Positions 40,057 through 47,986 of a stretch of DNA of 64,000 nucleotides are shown piece after piece. The notes beneath the pieces were generated by a model that saw nothing but the letters and a program-made list of their open reading frames with translations, was not told where the DNA came from and ran no database searches. The stretch is from Actinomycetota bacterium (GTDB lineage Bacteria; Actinomycetota; Acidimicrobiia; Acidimicrobiales; Acidimicrobiaceae). The translations under genes were made by a program, and so were the position numbers. The stretch covers positions 10,993 through 74,992 of the forward strand of contig DAHVKW010000001.1 of assembly GCA_027320695.1 (NCBI GenBank). Direction: 5' to 3'. Position 1 is the stretch's first letter; every line of letters starts with the position of its first letter.

Positions 40057-40505
40057 CAGGCGTCGGATCTAGCGCTTCCGTGTTGGCCACTTCCTAGCGC
40101 CGCTTGTTGAGAGCTCGTCATGTACCGTGCTGACACGGCTTGCACAATCTGCAAATTATAGGTTCTTGACCCGGATCGACTACCAGCTGCTTTCTCCGAC
40201 GGTACTTGCACTGGCAATCGCGAAAGCGCAGATTTTGGGTGTTGCCGCTTCGGATGGATTGGATAAAAACATCGATGCGAAAGCAGCTGAAATGGGTTAG
40301 AAAGATCTACCTTCGTTAAACCCCTGGTTTGAGCCCTCGAAGTCGAGTTGAAGATACGGCTGAGTCGTCAGCTGGGGATAAGTCTTAGGATGACGTTTCC
40401 AAAGTGCGACGACATCGCTTTCCAGGCAGCAATTCATAACAGATTATGGCCGTGGACCTGGCATTGACATTTCGCGTTCTACGGGTTCGAAGCGATTTAT
40501 GTACG

Positions 40506-40547
40506 GCGATGACCCGGGGGTTGCTTACAAAACCCCCGGGTCATCGC
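40506..40547. terminator. perfect 17-bp stem / 8-nt loop hairpin between the convergent hydrolase and tctA genes
   Basis: GCGATGACCCGGGGGTT-gcttacaa-AACCCCCGGGTCATCGC. It lies 78 nt downstream of the tctA stop. There is no U-tract on either strand. Confidence 0.45.
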
Positions 40548-40624
40548 GAATCAATAGTCGAGGCCAACTGGCTTACAATTGCAAAGCCCCTAGATGGCTT
40601 CTCCTCCTGTATCGATCGGCTTTG

Positions 40625-42709
40625 CTAAATCATGCCGTGGAACGTCAAATGGAACAAGGATACGAATGCGTATGCCAATATTCCCGTGACAGCTGTCGCG
40701 ATAACGGCGAAAACCGCACGTTTCCTGAGGCTTTCAATGTCTTTGTTTACCATTGCATAGATAAATGTCATCAGGGGTACTCCGATCTTGAATCCAAGAA
40801 CAAGCGACGCTGCTGCCGTCCCGGCGAACCAGAGAAGACCAATGAACTCTCGAATGTTCTGATGACGGCGGTCCTTCCAGGATTCCGGCTCGTTATCGTG
40901 TTCCATTCGGGTCATCACCGCGACCGCTGAAGGTTCAGCTCCTGTCGGCTCGCTTGAAGTCTCGATTGCAGGCTCAGACACGTCGGCATTGTGGCCGGGC
41001 AAATCTAATCCATCGGTGTGTCTCGAATGCAGCCATACTGGAAAGTCCCTGCTCAAGCGATACAGAGAAGCAATCGCAGCGAGAATGCCGACTACCACTG
41101 GAATTTGCCCTGCCTGGGATGGATAGCCCAGACCAACGATGAAATAGGTAATAGAAAATGCAGCCATTACGGCGTCAAAGATCCATTCCATAAGTGGATG
41201 TTTCGCCGCCAAGCGCATAGCGGTGTTCTTGTTCTTGTGCCACCTCATGCCTGCGGAGAACACGAGATAGATTGCAACCAGCAAGAATACGTCGGCCAAT
41301 GGGCTCTTGGTTACAAAATTCCAGCCATAGAGCGAATATGTCAGGTGAACGTTATCGTCGAAGGTGCCACCTAGCACTAGTCCGATAGCGGCTGCAGCGA
41401 CGGAATAACCCAAATCCCGAACCACAACTCCAAGGATGCTGAATACAACCAGGAGGTAAATCCCCATTGTGGTATTAACGTCGGCAAAGCTGCCAAGTAC
41501 AGCTAGGGCGATTATGAAGGGAAACATGTAAGGACCCTTGATCCCGGTAATGCGAGAGAGCTGCGGTGCCAGCAAAAGCCCGACAACGCACGACAGCAGC
41601 CCTGCGATTGCCATTATCCACATCATCGAGTACGGAAGTGTAGGTGATCCCTTCAGAAGCGTCGGTCCGGGCTCAAGGCCAAGGATTGTCAGCGCGGCAA
41701 TAAAAATGACCATCCCGAGCCCCGATGGAAGCCCCAATGCTACCGCCGGAATTATTGATCCAACCTCTTTGGACAGCGACGAACCTTCCGCCGACATTAA
41801 TCCCTCTGGAACGCCCGTTCCAAACTCATCCCTGCGTCGGGAAACTCTTTGCCCCACGCCGTAGGAGATGAAGTTTGCGGTGAACCCACCTATTCCGGGG
41901 ATAAGACCCAGAACTGTTGCGATTATTGCCGATCGGGCCACATGATGCCACTTACTGAAGGTCTCAGCGATTCCTGCTCGGACCTGGGCCTGAAATCCTT
42001 TCCCAAGCTGCGCCTGGTCAAATGTCGCGACCGCCTTTTGGGACCCGTACATTTTAACCATTTGAGTTATCGCGAATACGCCCAGCGCAAATGGGACAAC
42101 CCCAATCCCGCTATAAAGAGTTGGCATTTGCATGGTGAACCGTTCGACACCGGTAACAGGATCAGATCCAACAAAGGAAAGCATCAAACCGAGAAGACCG
42201 GATATGAAGACCTTTGAGAGCGGTATATTTCCAGTTTGCGCAATCAGGACGATTGCCAGAATGATGATCGCCATGTACTCCGGCGGATGAAATATTGTCG
42301 CGAGTGGCCCTGCTAGCTGGATCAGGCCGATGAATATGATGCACGCTATCCAGCCACCCATCCAAGTAGATGTGGCTGAAATGGCAAGCGCTTTACCGGC
42401 TTCCCCTCTTTTGGCCATAGGAAATCCGTCCAGTGTGGTCGGGAAGGATTCCGGCGCTCCAGGCGAATTCAATACTATGGCTGTAATCGAGGCGGAAAAA
42501 TATACTCCGGACTGTGTAGCCAGCATCATTGAGACGGTTTGGAGAACGCTCATATGGTAGACGAACGGCAGCATAAGAGTAAGAACCAGGACAACGCCTA
42601 GTCCGGGCAGCATGCCAACGAACATGCCTATTGCCATGCCAAATAGCAGTAAGAGCAATACCGGGGCCGTCCCAAGATTGGTTAGCCCGGTAAATAAATG
42701 TGCGATCAT
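40625..42709 (-). CDS. tripartite tricarboxylate transporter permease, TctA fused to a TctB-like C-terminal 4-TM module
   Basis: 694 aa. The first roughly 500 aa are TctA-like (GMFVGMLPGLG..., GTVLGLIPGIGG-like repeats). Four further TM helices follow, interrupted by an acidic loop of about 50 aa. The start overlaps the upstream stop by 4 nt. Confidence 0.8.
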   Translation of the reverse strand: MIAHLFTGLTNLGTAPVLLLLLFGMAIGMFVGMLPGLGVVLVLTLMLPFVYHMSVLQTVSMMLATQSGVYFSASITAIVLNSPGAPESFPTTLDGFPMAKRGEAGKALAISATSTWMGGWIACIIFIGLIQLAGPLATIFHPPEYMAIIILAIVLIAQTGNIPLSKVFISGLLGLMLSFVGSDPVTGVERFTMQMPTLYSGIGVVPFALGVFAITQMVKMYGSQKAVATFDQAQLGKGFQAQVRAGIAETFSKWHHVARSAIIATVLGLIPGIGGFTANFISYGVGQRVSRRRDEFGTGVPEGLMSAEGSSLSKEVGSIIPAVALGLPSGLGMVIFIAALTILGLEPGPTLLKGSPTLPYSMMWIMAIAGLLSCVVGLLLAPQLSRITGIKGPYMFPFIIALAVLGSFADVNTTMGIYLLVVFSILGVVVRDLGYSVAAAAIGLVLGGTFDDNVHLTYSLYGWNFVTKSPLADVFLLVAIYLVFSAGMRWHKNKNTAMRLAAKHPLMEWIFDAVMAAFSITYFIVGLGYPSQAGQIPVVVGILAAIASLYRLSRDFPVWLHSRHTDGLDLPGHNADVSEPAIETSSEPTGAEPSAVAVMTRMEHDNEPESWKDRRHQNIREFIGLLWFAGTAAASLVLGFKIGVPLMTFIYAMVNKDIESLRKRAVFAVIATAVTGILAYAFVSLFHLTFHGMI

Positions 42710-44838
42710 CTAGTGTGTCCCCCTAGTGATTGGATAGTAGTTTTGAACCCATTTGCTGCATGTCTGTGATTTGGTAATTTATGATCTCGATCCAGCAGGC
42801 CTTTGTATAGCCTGAGAAGTTTTTCTGGTAGCGAACTGACATCTTCCAGTATCTCCACTTTTGCAGATGCTAACTCCGAAACATACTCCTCCCCAGCAGG
42901 ATCGACGGTAAGAACATACGGCTCTATGCCACCAGCGCTCAGTTCCCAGAGCGCCTTGTCACTATCGGCAAGCGCGTACGACTGTGACTCGGCCTCTCCG
43001 TAGCTTGTTCCGTAGTCAATGTCGAACGGTCGTCCGTCTGTGAGAATAAGAAGCACCTTGGTTTGCGATTGCAACTTCGAAAGCACCATCCCGCAGTGTC
43101 TTACTGCCGCACCAAGACGGGTCGCGTGAATTGGCTTGATTGCCGAGGCTCGGGAGACCACCATTCCAGACATTGGCTCGCTAAAGCCTTTGATTTCGCT
43201 GAGCACTACCCGTTCCCGTCCGGTTCCGGAAAAAGTCCAAACGCTAAAGGCGTCACCGACGGCATCCAGAGCGCTTGTACACAAAAGCGAACTTATCATC
43301 TCGATGTCGAGTATGCGTGGTGGCCGAAGCGTTGGGTTCGGCGAGATATCCCGCGGCAAGGCCGACTCAATCGGTTCGGCATCCTCCACTCTTTCCGCCG
43401 TGGATGCGCTTACATCAATAAGAAGCAGTACGGAAATGTCTCGCCGGGCCCGTCTCAAGTCTTGATATACGAAATCATTCGTTCCAGCACCTGTGCGAAA
43501 ATCTATCAGAGCACCGACCGCTGCATCGTAGTCGATGTCAGGCCCATCGGGAGCGCGCCGTTCCACTTCAAAGGCCTGAGATAACGGGACGTCCATTGCT
43601 CGCCTAAGGCGCCGTAACTCCTTCGCATATCGGATTTGGAGTACACTTCGTTCAAGAGCTCCCCCGCCAGGTGCTGATAGCTGAACGACCCTGCACCAGT
43701 CCCTGCGGTATTGGCCTTGGTACTTGTCCCATTCGGGATACAAGAACGTTTTGGCTCCCATTGGACGGAGCGAGCCCTCTTCATGGCTGTGGAGATGTCT
43801 CGAGACATCGTGGTGATCGTGAGGAAGGGGCTCAGGCGGTCCGGAAACAGCGCTTTTAGTGGTCAAAATCTCGCCGCCCTCTCCAACTTCAGATATGCTG
43901 CGCATATGGTAAAGGGCCTGATGGTCAGGCCCTGAAGCCGACGGAGCTCTGACTAGAAAGGATCCAATCGATCCGCGGTAGGAGATATCCGGCAGAGAAA
44001 TCAGCAGAACGTCGTCGCCTTCGAGCCGAACGCGGCCTTCCTCGGGCCATTGACTCGGCCACAAGGAACTGATCGACTTCGTAGAATCGGATGCGTCAAG
44101 AACCTTCGTGCCCGATTTGCCAAGTACGCCCAGATTCGGAAGCAAATTTACGACGCTATACATTTGAACGCAGGCGGCGGCAATATCCTCAACCGAAGCT
44201 TCGAGGAGATTTAGGGAGTCGTAAATCATTAACGTTTCCCTGGCTGCCTCTGCGATCGCCTCGGGCACCTCATTGATTCTCGGATCCATGCTTCGCCTGA
44301 GCGCGAATTCAACCACAGCTCCACGCGGGGGAAGCCCATTCCAATCTGGTCGAGAAAGAAGCTCCGAGCTGATTGCAGACTCTAGCTGATCTTTTAGCCC
44401 AGGATAAATGAGGGGCAAACGCGCATCAATTCTTGCGTCTTCAAGAGTCTCGAAAATTAACTTCGCCAGCGGAATGTCTGAAAAGGCGGCAAAAAAGACT
44501 TCAAGGTCGCTTGCCCCCTCGTCGCTTGGCGTCAGGGTATTCCGCAAGAGAGTATTAGCTACCCTTTCGATTTGGAAATCATACGTCCCCAATTGGAGAT
44601 GTAGGGAACGGTGAGCAAGCGCAAGCCGGTAAAAGCTGCGCTTTGAGATCCCAGCTGTTGCTCGTGGCAAACGGATGGTGGTGGGCGTGTCCGGGTAGTG
44701 CGCTGGGTCCTCGGGAGCATACTGCTCTATAGTCACATCGTTCCCGCTTAGCGCTCTAAAGTAGAGCTCAAAAGGACGAGTTTGGACGTCCTCGCCCACA
44801 ATTTCGCGATTAACTGTGTTGGCGACATTTGCCATCAT
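42706..44838 (-). CDS. CbbO/NorD-like protein with a C-terminal VWA domain
   Basis: 710 aa. The N-terminal region reads YRLALAHRSLHLQLGTYDF, as in NorD/CbbO. The VWA MIDAS motifs are LLIDVSAST and LILTDGRPFD. It overlaps both neighbours by 4 nt. Confidence 0.8.
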   Translation of the reverse strand: MMANVANTVNREIVGEDVQTRPFELYFRALSGNDVTIEQYAPEDPAHYPDTPTTIRLPRATAGISKRSFYRLALAHRSLHLQLGTYDFQIERVANTLLRNTLTPSDEGASDLEVFFAAFSDIPLAKLIFETLEDARIDARLPLIYPGLKDQLESAISSELLSRPDWNGLPPRGAVVEFALRRSMDPRINEVPEAIAEAARETLMIYDSLNLLEASVEDIAAACVQMYSVVNLLPNLGVLGKSGTKVLDASDSTKSISSLWPSQWPEEGRVRLEGDDVLLISLPDISYRGSIGSFLVRAPSASGPDHQALYHMRSISEVGEGGEILTTKSAVSGPPEPLPHDHHDVSRHLHSHEEGSLRPMGAKTFLYPEWDKYQGQYRRDWCRVVQLSAPGGGALERSVLQIRYAKELRRLRRAMDVPLSQAFEVERRAPDGPDIDYDAAVGALIDFRTGAGTNDFVYQDLRRARRDISVLLLIDVSASTAERVEDAEPIESALPRDISPNPTLRPPRILDIEMISSLLCTSALDAVGDAFSVWTFSGTGRERVVLSEIKGFSEPMSGMVVSRASAIKPIHATRLGAAVRHCGMVLSKLQSQTKVLLILTDGRPFDIDYGTSYGEAESQSYALADSDKALWELSAGGIEPYVLTVDPAGEEYVSELASAKVEILEDVSSLPEKLLRLYKGLLDRDHKLPNHRHAANGFKTTIQSLGGHTR

Positions 44839-45686
44839 GTATCGCTGTCGCCAAAGTACGCGGTAATGACCTCAACTATCGCTTCCCGGGAAACCGAGTC
44901 GTCCGTGACAACGTCAGCAATCGCAGCTATGCAGGCTCTTTGAGGAGAAACTCCCCTTGCGATCAGACGTGAAGCGTATACCAGAAGCCGAGTGCTGGGT
45001 CCTTCGATTAGGTAGTCGTTATTAAGGTTTCTCAAGTTCGCCGCCAGCGCGCTCAAACGCTCTGCCACAGCCGGTTCAGCACCGCCTTCGTAAATCAATA
45101 TCTCGCTCTCGAGCTCAACTGTCGGATAGCTGAACTCAATTGCTACGAACCTCTGGCGAGTTGAGTGCTTGAGATCCTTGATGCTTGTCTGGTAGCCAGG
45201 ATTGTATGAAACTACCAGCAAAAAGGAAGGGTGCGCTTCGATCAGCGTGTCGAGTTTAGCTATCGGCAGGAAGCGGCGGTGATCGGTGAGGGAATGAACT
45301 ACCACCATAACGTCCTTGCGGGCCTCCACCACCTCGTCGAGGTAGCAGATTCCGCCGTTTCTCACCGTATGGGTGAGCGGACCGTCGACCCAGCGGGTTC
45401 CATCTTTTTCAAGAATGAATCTTCCCAGAAGGTCTGAGGCGCTGAGGTCCTCCTGACAGCTCACCGTCGTCAGACTGACTTTCTCGCCCGCTTCATTGTT
45501 GGAAAGCCGTGAGGCCATGTACTCCAGAAAACGAGTTTTCCCGGTACCAGTCGGACCTTTGAGCAAGACAGGAGTCCTGTCAGCGTAGGCCGCTTCGAAT
45601 AACCCCACTTCGTCGCCGACCGCCAGGTAGAATGGCTGATCGACGTGAGAGCTACCGATTGAGCCTGGGCTATTTTCTTTGATCAT
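44835..45686 (-). CDS. CbbQ/NirQ/NorQ/GpvN family AAA+ ATPase
   Basis: 283 aa. Walker A LLKGPTGTGKT and Walker B ICYLDEVVEA. The length and C-terminal region are typical of CbbQ. Confidence 0.88.
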   Translation of the reverse strand: MIKENSPGSIGSSHVDQPFYLAVGDEVGLFEAAYADRTPVLLKGPTGTGKTRFLEYMASRLSNNEAGEKVSLTTVSCQEDLSASDLLGRFILEKDGTRWVDGPLTHTVRNGGICYLDEVVEARKDVMVVVHSLTDHRRFLPIAKLDTLIEAHPSFLLVVSYNPGYQTSIKDLKHSTRQRFVAIEFSYPTVELESEILIYEGGAEPAVAERLSALAANLRNLNNDYLIEGPSTRLLVYASRLIARGVSPQRACIAAIADVVTDDSVSREAIVEVITAYFGDSDT

Positions 45687-47179
45687 GAGAGTCGATCATC
45701 CACATTTGTAGCAAATTCGCCGTTTTGGTCCCGCTCAATCCAGGAGATAGGGTCATGGGCGTAGTCCTTGAAATAGTCGCCAGGGTAGTTGATTCCAGGC
45801 ACGGCTGGAATCCAATCGTATTCAAGAAGGCTCGTGTTCCCCAGAGCAAGCGCAAGCCTGACCACATCTGGTTCATCAAGCACCTTCAAACGCCCCTTGT
45901 CTATCAAAGAATACCACTCGCCCGTACTGCGCTTTTTGATTTGGTAGGTGGCGAATACGTTATGCACATGAGGAAAATGCATGGTTGGCAGATGGTTCTC
46001 CTTGGCATATTTCAAGAAGGTCTGATCCCAGTGCTCCGCGCCAAACCCAAAGTGTATTACCCCAGCTTGAGCCCTTTCGGGAAGGTTGGTCCAGGAGTCG
46101 TTGTAGTTCCACAATGTCTCGATCTGGCGATAGCTCTTTGGATTGGTCCCAATCGACGCGTCGTTGAAGTAGTGCCAACCAGGGTACGGAAATCCCGGAT
46201 AGTGGTAGTCCTTGTACTTCTCTACGACTTCACGCCATAGCTCGCCGTACCTGCCTCCGCCAACGATCTTGCTGATCTGGCCAGACTCAATATGAACTTC
46301 GATGTGCGGGAAATATCCGGTGTGATTGCTGACTCCGGCAACGACCCCGTTCAGGGTCTGGTAGAGAGAATCAGCCTGCTGTATGAATGTTTCTACGGGA
46401 TGGCCAAACCGTATTCCCTGAATTGTTGATCCTATGATGTGCCCGGATTGGAACGCACCTTGGACCCAAAGAGCAGCTTGCTCTTCTGTCACCTTCCAGC
46501 CAATGTCGGTACCTTCAGGACTGGTTATCCGTATCTCCGAGGCATCGCTGAACGCCTGGACCACCTTTAGGTCAACTGTGCGCCAAATTTCGTCCGGATA
46601 GCTATTGGCCCGTGAAATGAAATCTTCATAAGTGGCGTACATCCAATTATTGCGAACTCTTTGGCCAGCGGCGCGCTTCCAGTGGCGCCTGCCGGCCTCG
46701 CCAGCTAACACGGCCGTATATCCTGGGCGATCCTCCAAATAATTCTTTAGAGTCGCCGCGGCGACGTTGAATTCAACTCCGCTTTCGACCATGGGCGGCA
46801 AACGGTCAGTTATTTCTCGCCAACCTTCAGCAGCGCTATAGGTTTTGACCTCCATCCCAAGATCAGTGACATCAATTCTGTCCACGCTTTCAGCGCCTTC
46901 TTCAAGAAGTGCCCTGCGGACTGCCTCGTAGACGGCGTCATTTTGGTGAGGATAAGTGATGATCAGGATCTTGTCTCCGGGAATAGTGGGTCCTAGCGCC
47001 GCTCGGCCATAGCGCCTCCTTGCCACGGATCTCGCCAAGGGCATCAATTCTTCGACATCGTTGCACCGTTCCTGACGAAGATAGAACGGGTGGCGTGGCG
47101 CAGGATAGGACATCCCCGGCAGCGCAGCTGGAGTACCAGGAGCGAATTCTTCAAGTTTGCGTTGATCTTTAAGTGACAT
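45683..47179 (-). CDS. hypothetical enzyme, probably aminopeptidase-T (M29) / NicX-like fold
   Basis: The 498-aa ORF is certain. The family call is by eye only: GDKILIITYP...AVRRALLEEGAE, IRITSPEGTDIGWKV, IEVHIESGQISKIVGGG, GVIHFGFG and HFPHVH resemble the M29/NicX architecture. Confidence 0.5.
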   Translation of the reverse strand: MSLKDQRKLEEFAPGTPAALPGMSYPAPRHPFYLRQERCNDVEELMPLARSVARRRYGRAALGPTIPGDKILIITYPHQNDAVYEAVRRALLEEGAESVDRIDVTDLGMEVKTYSAAEGWREITDRLPPMVESGVEFNVAAATLKNYLEDRPGYTAVLAGEAGRRHWKRAAGQRVRNNWMYATYEDFISRANSYPDEIWRTVDLKVVQAFSDASEIRITSPEGTDIGWKVTEEQAALWVQGAFQSGHIIGSTIQGIRFGHPVETFIQQADSLYQTLNGVVAGVSNHTGYFPHIEVHIESGQISKIVGGGRYGELWREVVEKYKDYHYPGFPYPGWHYFNDASIGTNPKSYRQIETLWNYNDSWTNLPERAQAGVIHFGFGAEHWDQTFLKYAKENHLPTMHFPHVHNVFATYQIKKRSTGEWYSLIDKGRLKVLDEPDVVRLALALGNTSLLEYDWIPAVPGINYPGDYFKDYAHDPISWIERDQNGEFATNVDDRLS

Positions 47180-47336
47180 CTTTACCTATCTCTCGGTTGG
47201 CGTCGGGTTCTAACACTGAGCCGGGAATAAACAATTGCAGGTGGGCTGAAACGCGGCGCTCGACAGATTGCGAGTCAGCTAGGAAGCGGTTATGCACAAT
47301 TCGATTCATTTTGGATCGCAGAAGTCAACTAGACTG

Positions 47337-47372
47337 AAAAAGCAAAGCGCACCACCTCGGTCTGCACTTTGC
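47337..47372 (-). terminator. intrinsic-terminator-like hairpin plus T5 in the leader of the 498-aa gene
   Basis: GCAAAGTGC-(13 nt)-GCGCTTTGC, 9 bp including one G-U, followed by TTTTT. It lies about 160 nt upstream of the ATG at 47179. Confidence 0.4.
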
Positions 47373-47512
47373 CATCAAAGCGACCTTTGTCAGATCCACC
47401 GCCAAAATGAAACAAGTTCCATACCCCACATCGATTCCGGACAAAGCAAATAAGCGCACAGAAACGTATCCGTAGCAGTCCTGCCAACAGCACGATCCTG
47501 ATATATCGGACC

Positions 47513-47540
47513 ATTATACCGAAACTAGTAAGCCAGTCAA
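47513..47540 (-). promoter_or_regulatory. sigma-70-like promoter TTGACT-16 nt-TATAAT
   Basis: -35 at complement(47535..47540) and -10 at complement(47513..47518). Both hexamers are at or near consensus. Confidence 0.4.
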
Positions 47541-47562
47541 GGGGATGAGCCATATTTGCGAG

Positions 47563-47946
47563 TCATTTGTCACATGCGTACTCAGTAATGGCTCCTTCCC
47601 TTACGATAATTCGGGCGGATTCGCCAATGGCAGCCGCCGAGGCTACTGGATAATCCGAAGGGTTGGCAAATCGTGGAATCGCCACTTCGGCCGCGAGATT
47701 GTCCATTGCTAGGTTGACGGGATCGTTCGACGCCAAGGCGCGAAATTCAGCGAGCGCCTTCTTGTCGCGGCTGCCCACTAAAATGCCTCCGCGAAGTAGG
47801 CAGTTCCTAGCGATACTTGGCTTCGCCGCTAGGGCAGGGACTGCGGGCATCGGCTCGCCTTCTGCAACCTCTTGATCCATCTCCTGCTCTTCATTATTGC
47901 GATGACTCCAGGGGAAGGTATCTTCCTCTGCTCCGGTGAGGATCAA
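47563..47946 (-). CDS. hypothetical small protein (start uncertain)
   Basis: 127-aa ORF in operon position after the TPP enzyme, with an acidic N-terminus. I recognise no family. Alternative ATG starts lie further in. Confidence 0.45.
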   Translation of the reverse strand: MILTGAEEDTFPWSHRNNEEQEMDQEVAEGEPMPAVPALAAKPSIARNCLLRGGILVGSRDKKALAEFRALASNDPVNLAMDNLAAEVAIPRFANPSDYPVASAAAIGESARIIVREGAITEYACDK

Positions 47947-47986
47947 CTAGAAGATGAGGAATGCTGCTAAGAGGTCTCAAAAACAC

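Noticed and set aside
40499-40930. 143-aa plus-strand ORF
   Set aside because: It is antisense to the 3-prime end of tctA and spans the big hairpin. No motif.
42706-45686. Annotating the CbbQ/CbbO pair as a Rubisco activase or NorQD
   Set aside because: No Rubisco (cbbL/S/M) or norBC genes occur anywhere in the window. The pair is translationally coupled to other genes. I therefore used only family-level names.
47329-47553. 74-aa minus-strand ORF in the gap before the 498-aa gene
   Set aside because: It starts upstream of the consensus-like -35 hexamer and runs through the terminator hairpin. Its composition is implausible. I interpret the region as a leader or RNA.
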